NCBI RefSeq assembly: GCF_006345805.1
Contig: NC_043002.1
Location: forward strand, 78,926,001 to 78,990,000
Origin: Octopus sinensis
Taxonomy: Eukaryota
Reading direction: 5' to 3'
Length of the DNA: 64,000 nucleotides
Below the pieces are notes generated by a model. It was not told where the DNA came from, ran no database searches, and was given only the letters and a program-made list of their open reading frames with translations. The position numbers and the translations under genes were made by a program. Shown one piece after another: positions 60,901 to 64,000 of the stretch (its first letter is position 1; every line of letters begins with the position of its first letter).

Positions 60901-62761
60901 GCTATCAAAGTGACACTGGGGTAAACTATACGAAGCCCAGTGTACACATGCATCGCAACCATATGTGCGTGACATGGTGATCTCATATCAAGATAAACAG
61001 CACATGACCTTGCAAGTGGGGCCCGGTTAGAATTTTCTTCTGGTCGAGTAACCCATCCCGCTCAAAAGGTCCCTGAATAAGGGTTGCTTAAGGATGTTGA
61101 ATGAAACACCCATGTTCCCTGAGGTGAATTATTCAAACCCCAAAGAATCCTTCTCAACACATGGCTATGATGCTCTCCCACTACTTCTGCTCATGATCAG
61201 AGATGCACATATTGTCAGCCACTAAGGGACATGCTCAGCTGGTTAAGGTCAAACAACTGACAAGCAAATCTGTGGTATTGAGCAGAATATTTGCTGTAGC
61301 CCATCTTTTATACCAAGACAAAACAATGTACATGATAACACTTCTAATCAGTTAAGATCAGAAGCCACGAGAACCACTGCCTGGTACTGCATCAGGGCAT
61401 TTATTATTACTATTATTATTATTATTATTATTATTATTTATTATTTATTATTATTATTATTATTCAATAATCATGTTTTTAACATGTACTTTCACTTCAC
61501 TTTTGATTATGTACTTGTCTGTATGTTTTTTAATCATACCTAATGCACCTATTATTATAGGGTTTTATAATCATTATTATTTGTTGTTGTTGTTGTTGTT
61601 GTTGTTTTGTTTTTTTAAGCCCTAACTCTACAGTTATTTCTTTTATGAAAATCCATTGATTATGTCCAATAGTCTAAAGCAGGAAAAGACATTAATATAA
61701 TCCATAATTTCTAGTGTACCTGTCCTGTGATTCATTTAATTGTCATTTTCCTTTTTCTTATATCTTCCAGATGTGATTGGTCATACGTTGTATGGAGTGA
61801 AAACAACATGTGGAACTAAAGAAGAACTACCAGTAGTTTCTCAAGAAGAATATGAAAATTCTATGACACAACAAAGACAGCCTATTGCACTACCTCCTGC
61901 ACTACAAAAGTTGTTGAAGCTAAAGTCTAAAAACGTAAACCATATGAATGCTGCAGCAGGTATGTTCCTAAACTGGAAAACTAACAATCGTGGATCATTT
62001 ATTGTTACTTGATTGCATCTCCTCAGGTGTTGTTCTTTCTTATCTACATTTCACTCAGCTCTATTAAAATATATTCTTAGGAAGTTTGCTACATTCTAGT
62101 AGTTGTCATACCACTAAGTTACAGGGATGCTAACACACAAATACCTGTAGTCAAGTGGTGGTGGGTGACAAGCACACACACACACACATGCAATGAGCTT
62201 CTTACCAAATATACTCACAAGACTTTGATAGGCCCAGGGCTATAATAGAAAACCCTTGCCCAAGGTGCCATACAGTGGAACTGAACCCAGAATCATGTGG
62301 TTGAGAAGCAAACTTCTTAATACACAGCTGCACCTGCACCCATACACACACAAACACACACATATACACACATACACACACAGAGCCATACCTGCACTTA
62401 TGTGTGTTTGTATGTATACACACACACACACACACACACTACACACATATAATTGACTGATGACAAGCAGAAACTAAACTATTAAAAAATTTCTAAGATG
62501 AGGTTAATAGTTCAAATCTTTCTCTACCCCGCACCCCATTAATACAAACTATGGTTTACTTTTTCAGTAAACATTCATCTCTTCTTGCCAAATCCTATTA
62601 CCACCTCCACAATCATTTCTTCTTCTCTCTCCCTTTCTTCCCCTCTCTCTCTCTCTCTTTTTTCTTCTTCACTCCTCTTTTTTCCTTTCTTCTATCTCTG
62701 TTCTTTTTCTTCTCGTTTTTTTTTTCTTTTGTCATTCTCTCTTTTCCCAGGCTGCTATTGA
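7473..62761 (+). CDS. Multi-exon alpha-2-macroglobulin-type TEP family gene (A2M/CD109 superfamily), 5'-incomplete, 27 exons, about 1285 aa in window, thioester motif absent
   Basis: Exons join with consistent phases into one ORF of 3858 nt including the stop. It carries A2M-family motifs in the expected order: [39 protein letters not shown][13 protein letters not shown], FQPF...MPY, TED ([15 protein letters not shown]...Q.ENGCF), WLTKQR..GGF, and RBD ([15 protein letters not shown]). Family assignment is from recalled motifs, not a database search. Confidence 0.93.
8008..8396. repeat. Palindromic Penelope-type pLTR pair (arms about 190 bp, 10-nt loop) with hammerhead motif
   Basis: 8008-8195 is the reverse complement of 8206-8396 with few mismatches. 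The right arm contains CTGATGA...GAAACAGCTGTA. Confidence 0.8.
8322..8369 (+). ncRNA. Minimal type I hammerhead ribozyme motif (predicted)
   Basis: GUCU-CUGAUGA-A-GGGAUAU(AUAAA)AUAUCCC-A-GAA-ACAGCUGU-A-AGAC. Stem I is GUCU/AGAC, stem II has 7 bp, stem III is palindromic, and the cleavage triplet is GUA (after 8365). Confidence 0.7.
9064..9484 (+). mobile_element. tRNA-derived SINE family A (full length)
   Basis: Head gtggctgtgtggtaag...ggttcagtcccactgcgtggcac, internal (TA/TG)n, tail aacaagtaaaagagtaaaagag. Near-identical copies at 20945-21350, 29500-29910 and 30336-30725. Partial or inverted copies near 1445-1600, 15070-15390, 27176-27300, 29316-29470, 48570-48780, 52025-52185, 55370-55510, 59530-59690 and 62110-62340. 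Confidence 0.9.
9763..9875 (+). CDS. TEP exon 2 (MG4 start)
   Basis: acag|AAATGG...GAAG|gtttga; [38 protein letters not shown]. Confidence 0.92.
11456..11629 (+). CDS. TEP exon 3
   Basis: ttcag|GTTTTA...TCAG|gtaac; [58 protein letters not shown]. Confidence 0.92.
13017..13229 (+). CDS. TEP exon 4
   Basis: ttcag|GCTCGA...TTTG|gtgag; [71 protein letters not shown]. Confidence 0.92.
13772..14003 (+). CDS. TEP exon 5 (MG5 with long insertion)
   Basis: ccag|GTTATG...AGGG|gtatgt; [28 protein letters not shown]...YKSKKHAKR; ends phase 1. Confidence 0.9.
14107..14279 (+). CDS. TEP exon 6
   Basis: acag|AAAATA...TGAA|gtaag; [58 protein letters not shown]. Confidence 0.93.
14876..15022 (+). CDS. TEP exon 7 (MG6a)
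   Basis: ctag|GTAGAA...ACAG|gtaag; [49 protein letters not shown]. Confidence 0.92.
15622..16149. repeat. Head-to-head palindrome of a tRNA-headed, (AAT)n-containing element ending in a Penelope-type hammerhead motif
   Basis: Arms are 15622-15886 and 15895-16149, with an 8-nt loop. A-box TGGCATAGTGG and B-box GTTCGATTCC are present. CTGATGA-A-GGCTG..CAGCC-GAAA lies at 15686-15731 (-), with a mutated copy at 16050-16095 (+). Confidence 0.8.
16920..17031 (+). CDS. TEP exon 8 (linker region)
   Basis: gtag|GTTTTC...AATG|gtatgt; [37 protein letters not shown]; ends phase 1. Confidence 0.88.
17440..19070 (+). mobile_element. Decayed CR1/L2/Jockey-group LINE ORF2 (APE + RT remnants)
   Basis: Degenerate motifs: ITNIRELW (APE N-terminus) near 17450, [13 protein letters not shown] near 18450-18490, and VPQGLV..PTL near 18600. 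Confidence 0.6.
20845..20912 (+). CDS. TEP exon 9 (RKKR site)
   Basis: acag|AGCACA...TAAG|gtaag; [23 protein letters not shown]. Confidence 0.9.
20945..21350 (+). mobile_element. SINE family A copy
   Basis: Same head, body and tail as 9064-9484. Confidence 0.9.
22632..23065. repeat. Compound (TC)n/(TA)n/(TG)n/(TATG)n microsatellite
   Basis: Read directly; source of several spurious ORFs. Confidence 0.97.
25114..25203. repeat. Perfect (TC)n tract of about 90 bp
   Basis: Read directly. Confidence 0.98.
25680..25785 (+). CDS. TEP exon 10 (start of bait region)
   Basis: ttcag|AGTTCT...TTGT|gtaag; [35 protein letters not shown]. Confidence 0.92.
25895..26030 (+). CDS. TEP exon 11 (bait region end, MG6b)
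   Basis: ttcag|GGGAGC...CTAG|gtaat; [45 protein letters not shown]; ends phase 2. Confidence 0.92.
26036..26640 (-). mobile_element. RLE-type (R4/Dong-like) non-LTR retrotransposon 3' end
   Basis: [40 protein letters not shown]...[11 protein letters not shown]...KE..K..KY..L...W...T.VP.IIG.LG: a PD-(D/E)xK restriction-like endonuclease domain. After a frameshift it continues [20 protein letters not shown], then a 3' UTR and an A-rich tail. The 5' junction abuts (TAA)n. Confidence 0.88.
27560..28200 (-). mobile_element. RTE-clade LINE C-terminal fragment
   Basis: [21 protein letters not shown]...LRWYGHV...[12 protein letters not shown]. Confidence 0.88.
29500..29910 (+). mobile_element. SINE family A copy
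   Basis: Same head, body and tail as 9064-9484. Confidence 0.9.
30336..30725 (+). mobile_element. SINE family A copy ending about 80 bp upstream of TEP exon 12
   Basis: Same head, body and tail as 9064-9484. Confidence 0.9.
30806..31034 (+). CDS. TEP exon 12 (MG6b-MG7)
   Basis: ctag|AAAAAA...TACT|gtaag; [76 protein letters not shown]. Confidence 0.93.
33671..33820 (+). CDS. TEP exon 13 (MG7)
   Basis: atag|ATAGGG...ACAG|gtaag; [50 protein letters not shown]. Confidence 0.9.
34500..35200 (-). mobile_element. CR1-type LINE 3' remnant with embedded 21-bp tandem repeat
   Basis: Minus strand reads [16 protein letters not shown] near 34590-34660, resembling the CR1 terminal motif FFxxRVVxxWNxLP. 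Confidence 0.5.
35454..35925 (-). mobile_element. SINE family B copy with three 68-bp tandem units
   Basis: The unit anchor gaagccagtcaagg recurs at 35710, 35778 and 35846. Confidence 0.88.
36162..36263 (+). CDS. TEP exon 14
   Basis: gcag|GGTAAA...GAGG|gtaag; [34 protein letters not shown]. Confidence 0.88.
36447..36498 (+). CDS. TEP exon 15 (CUB start)
   Basis: ttcag|CCAAAA...TCAG|gtatg; [17 protein letters not shown], matching the A2M P-E-G......CPS motif. Confidence 0.9.
38326..38418 (+). CDS. TEP exon 16
   Basis: ttcag|AGGATC...TTTG|gtaat; [31 protein letters not shown]. Confidence 0.92.
40040..40216 (+). CDS. TEP exon 17 (TED start, degenerate thioester site)
   Basis: ctag|GTAATA...AAAT|gtatga; [59 protein letters not shown]. 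Confidence 0.93.
41245..41564 (+). CDS. TEP exon 18 (TED)
   Basis: acag|GTTATC...GCAT|gtatgt; [48 protein letters not shown]...[12 protein letters not shown]...[18 protein letters not shown]. Confidence 0.95.
41934..42380 (-). mobile_element. SINE family B copy
   Basis: Near-identical to 35454-35760 over the first 300 bp or so. Confidence 0.88.
43348..43410. repeat. (TA)n tract at the left junction of the Tc1 element
   Basis: Read directly; similar tracts at about 3746-3795, 7778-7818, 48860-48930 and 51655-51720. Confidence 0.97.
43411..45032 (-). mobile_element. Tc1-family (DD34E) transposon with long IR/DR-type TIRs, full length, inactivated
   Basis: TIRs of about 216-224 bp at 43411-43626 and 44809-45032, with TA on both flanks. 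Transposase spans 44690 to 43673 and has GRPRK, FSDESKF, HDNA...(34 aa)...E and [15 protein letters not shown]. It carries one 1-bp frameshift and three in-frame stops. Confidence 0.95.
45965..46430 (-). mobile_element. RTE-type LINE remnant
   Basis: [26 protein letters not shown] resembles the RTE linker motif EV..AI..LK..K.PG.D.IP. It ends in a (GAT)n tail. Confidence 0.55.
46564..46723 (+). CDS. TEP exon 19 (TED)
   Basis: ttag|GACCTG...TTAG|gtaat; [53 protein letters not shown]. Confidence 0.92.
47724..47912. mobile_element. piggyBac-type MITE
   Basis: TTAA|CCCTTTAG...CTAAAGGG|TTAA; same family as 62978-63193. Confidence 0.8.
48074..48213. mobile_element. Truncated piggyBac-type MITE of another family
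   Basis: Begins TTAA|CCCTCTCGATACC; no right end found. Confidence 0.45.
49138..49232 (-). ncRNA. Type I hammerhead ribozyme motif in PLE 3' pLTR (predicted)
   Basis: UUCUUC-CUGAAGA-GAAAGACACAA...UUGUGCCUUUC-GAA-ACACGUGU-A-GAAUGAAA. The core is intact, stem II has 10 of 11 positions paired, and stem III is palindromic. Confidence 0.8.
51501..51592 (+). ncRNA. Type I hammerhead ribozyme motif in inverted PLE pLTR (predicted), sense to TEP pre-mRNA
   Basis: CTGAAGA at 51511-51517, stem II 51518-51528 with 51561-51570, GAA at 51571-51573, palindrome ACACGTGT at 51574-51581, predicted cleavage after A51582. Confidence 0.78.
51829..51958. repeat. Near-perfect hairpin of about 60 bp (MITE-like or PLE-associated foldback)
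   Basis: ...gcattactatacataaatgcctcatgctaggagggactcttaaagtcaaaa ctactggtaa ttttgactttaagagccctcctagcatgaggcatttatgtatataatgc... Confidence 0.85.
52240..52427 (+). CDS. TEP exon 20 (TED)
   Basis: acag|GGGAAG...AAAG|gtttt; [63 protein letters not shown]. Confidence 0.94.
52870..53088 (+). CDS. TEP exon 21 (TED end, CUB second half)
   Basis: ttcag|GATTCA...TCAG|gtaaa; [33 protein letters not shown]...[14 protein letters not shown]. Confidence 0.94.
53170..53435. repeat. Degenerate (ACAT)n/(ACTT)n tract filling most of the intron between exons 21 and 22
   Basis: Read directly. Confidence 0.9.
53520..53635 (+). CDS. TEP exon 22 (start of RBD/MG8)
   Basis: taag|ACTTCC...GTCG|gttagt; [38 protein letters not shown]; ends phase 2. 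Confidence 0.9.
54535..54895 (+). mobile_element. Non-autonomous Helentron-type (HINE/DINE-1-like) element
   Basis: 5' subterminal ctctgcctt..aaggcggagg, then a (TTTG)n-like core. The 3' end has ccttggcggagg followed by the short stem-loop gcgctc-tct-gagtgc and tcttgtt. The ends lie in T-rich sequence. Confidence 0.6.
55188..55272 (+). CDS. TEP exon 23 (RBD)
   Basis: atag|TTACAC...TGAT|gtgag; [28 protein letters not shown]. Confidence 0.93.
55519..56442 (-). mobile_element. Second copy of the same mariner family, internally deleted
   Basis: Same TIRs with TA on both flanks. The same N-terminus ([10 protein letters not shown]) is present, along with [10 protein letters not shown] and YSPDIAPSDY remnants. 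Confidence 0.9.
57203..57416 (+). mobile_element. tRNA-derived SINE family C with 17-bp target-site duplication
   Basis: Core gagttcaaattcc...ctttgcctttcatcc...aaataagtaccagt. Flanking direct repeat tattatctatttgctta at 57186-57202 and 57417-57433. About 15 further copies, e.g. 10000-10190, 10575-10787, 10845-11055, 12085-12290, 26725-26930, 26950-27165, 31610-31745, 38930-39137, 47125-47257, 53840-54412, 57648-57863, 59697-59908 and 60545-60752. Confidence 0.88.
57951..58025 (+). CDS. TEP exon 24 (RBD)
   Basis: ttcag|CCAAAA...TGAG|gtaag; [25 protein letters not shown]. Confidence 0.92.
58242..58612 (-). mobile_element. Putative solo LTR (371 bp)
   Basis: TG...CA termini, CpG-retaining and GC-richer than the flanks, with AATAAA near the 3' end on the minus strand. 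No clean TSD was seen. Confidence 0.5.
58957..59056 (+). CDS. TEP exon 25 (RBD end)
   Basis: aaag|ATGAAT...AGAG|gtcag; [33 protein letters not shown]; ends phase 1. Confidence 0.92.
60150..60520 (-). mobile_element. Second, older RLE-type LINE endonuclease remnant
   Basis: Minus strand reads [33 protein letters not shown], followed by LQ..S..GS.K-like C-terminal remnants. Confidence 0.7.
60882..61400 (-). mobile_element. Non-coding interspersed element of about 520 bp inserted in an (ATT)n microsatellite
   Basis: A sharply bounded GC-richer block flanked by (ATT)n at 60848-60881 and 61400-61466; no ORF. Confidence 0.6.
61771..61959 (+). CDS. TEP exon 26 (last RBD strand plus C-terminal extension)
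   Basis: ccag|ATGTGA...GCAG|gtatgt; [63 protein letters not shown]; ends phase 1. Confidence 0.88.
62751..62761 (+). CDS. Probable terminal TEP coding micro-exon (G-C-Y-stop) followed by 3' UTR
   Basis: A pyrimidine tract of about 150 nt ends in cccag|GCTGCTATTGA. In phase 1 this reads G-C-Y-TGA. AATAAA occurs near 62787-62792 and again near 62934-62943. Confidence 0.6.
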
Positions 62762-62977
62762 ATTAATTGGCTCTATAAATTTGGAGCAAATAAATAACTT
62801 CTGGCTCCTGGCAAGTATTCACGAGAACAAGCTGAGATTTCGCTAACTTCCATAGATTTGCAATTCTTCAGATACAATGGCAAACACTTAAGTAGCCTTG
62901 TAATCGTTGGTCGTAGTTTTGTAACAAGTTACAAATAAATAAAAGTCTCAGCATTACATATTACAATAATGTTTTAA

Positions 62978-63193
62978 CCCTTTAGTACTCAAAGTAGCCA
63001 TATCCGACCCAAATATTGTACTTGTTTTATAATCAAACTGGCCAGATCAGGCCTCTCATACCTATCCCACAATGTCATTCTAAAAACAATCACATCGTTG
63101 AAATCTCAAAGCTCCAAGATAATGCATGATAAATTCATGTCAATGTGAATAAATAAACATTACATTTGACAGAATAATCTGAATGCTAAAGGG
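62978..63193. mobile_element. piggyBac-type MITE (second copy)
   Basis: TTAA|CCCTTTAG...CTAAAGGG|TTAA; internal sequence shared with 47724-47912. Confidence 0.8.
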
Positions 63194-64000
63194 TTAAATT
63201 TGACAAAGTAGGTCAATTGTTGGAATGTTGTATTTGTCTTGCACCAAATCTATATGAAAGGGCCTCTCAAGGCAAACAACACAGCATCTGGTGTTCTAAC
63301 AATACATCCACATTAGGTGCTGGTGGCACATAAAAAGCACCATCCAAACGTGGCCGATGCCAGCGCCGCCTTGACTGGCTTCTGTGCCGGTGGCACGTAA
63401 AAAGCACAATTCAAACGTGGACGTAAAAAGCACCCACTACACTCACGGAGTGGTTGGTGTTAGGAAGGGCATCCAGCTGTAGAAACACTGCCAGATCAGA
63501 CTGAAGCCTGGTGCAGCCTCCTGGCTTCCCAGACCCCAGTCGAACCGTCCAACCCGTTCTAGCACAGAAAACGGACGTTAAACAATGATGATGATGATTA
63601 TGTATGCTGTTTACATTAGTCAAACTATATGTCCTGAACTTGGTTGTTACTTTCACTATGTTTTGGCTGTTGTATGCTCCAACCTTCTTCAGGTGGTACC
63701 TTGTGATTCATCTTAGTGCTTTGCCTGGGATTGAACTTAGAACCTCTAGGTTACTGCACTGCATTAACCAACACCTTTATCTGCTATGCTATGCCCGTAG
63801 GCAGTGACAGTGAATTTTTACGGCTTACCCATTGATGTCTTATGTCAGGTCTGGACTGATTATATTGTACAATTCCACAAAGGGGTATTGAAAAGTTCTT
63901 GTCTTTGGGTAAAAGAAAATACTGGATGATCAGTCCGTTTATTCTTTTACACATTTCAGCCCTAAGGCTGTGGCCATTCTGGGGCACTTCTAGTATCCAA

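Overview
AT-rich, repeat-dense eukaryotic DNA. The SINE and microsatellite content looks like an octopod cephalopod; this is inference from recognising the repeat families. One large protein-coding gene spans the window on the + strand: an invertebrate alpha-2-macroglobulin-type thioester-containing protein (TEP) family member. I reconstructed 27 phase-consistent GT-AG exons from 7473 to 62761 (about 1285 aa). The N-terminal part (signal peptide, MG1, MG2 and the start of MG3) was not found and probably lies upstream of the window. The thioester motif is destroyed: PITNGEGN replaces P-x-G-C-G-E-Q-N. The protein also has an RKKR processing site, an acidic bait region, and a C-terminal tail that probably ends in a micro-exon encoding GCY-stop. 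The introns hold two mariner copies, a maT-like remnant, a near-complete IR/DR Tc1 element, RTE/CR1/RLE LINE remnants, piggyBac-type MITEs, a Helentron-type element, a putative solo LTR and dozens of tRNA-derived SINEs. They also hold three Penelope-related inverted-repeat elements carrying minimal hammerhead-ribozyme motifs. Two of these motifs have intact cores on the sense strand of the host pre-mRNA, and each has its own antisense arm nearby. No CRISPR, rRNA or bona fide tRNA gene was found. Most short ORFs in the supplied track are microsatellite or TE artefacts. All alignments were done by eye, so TE boundaries are approximate.
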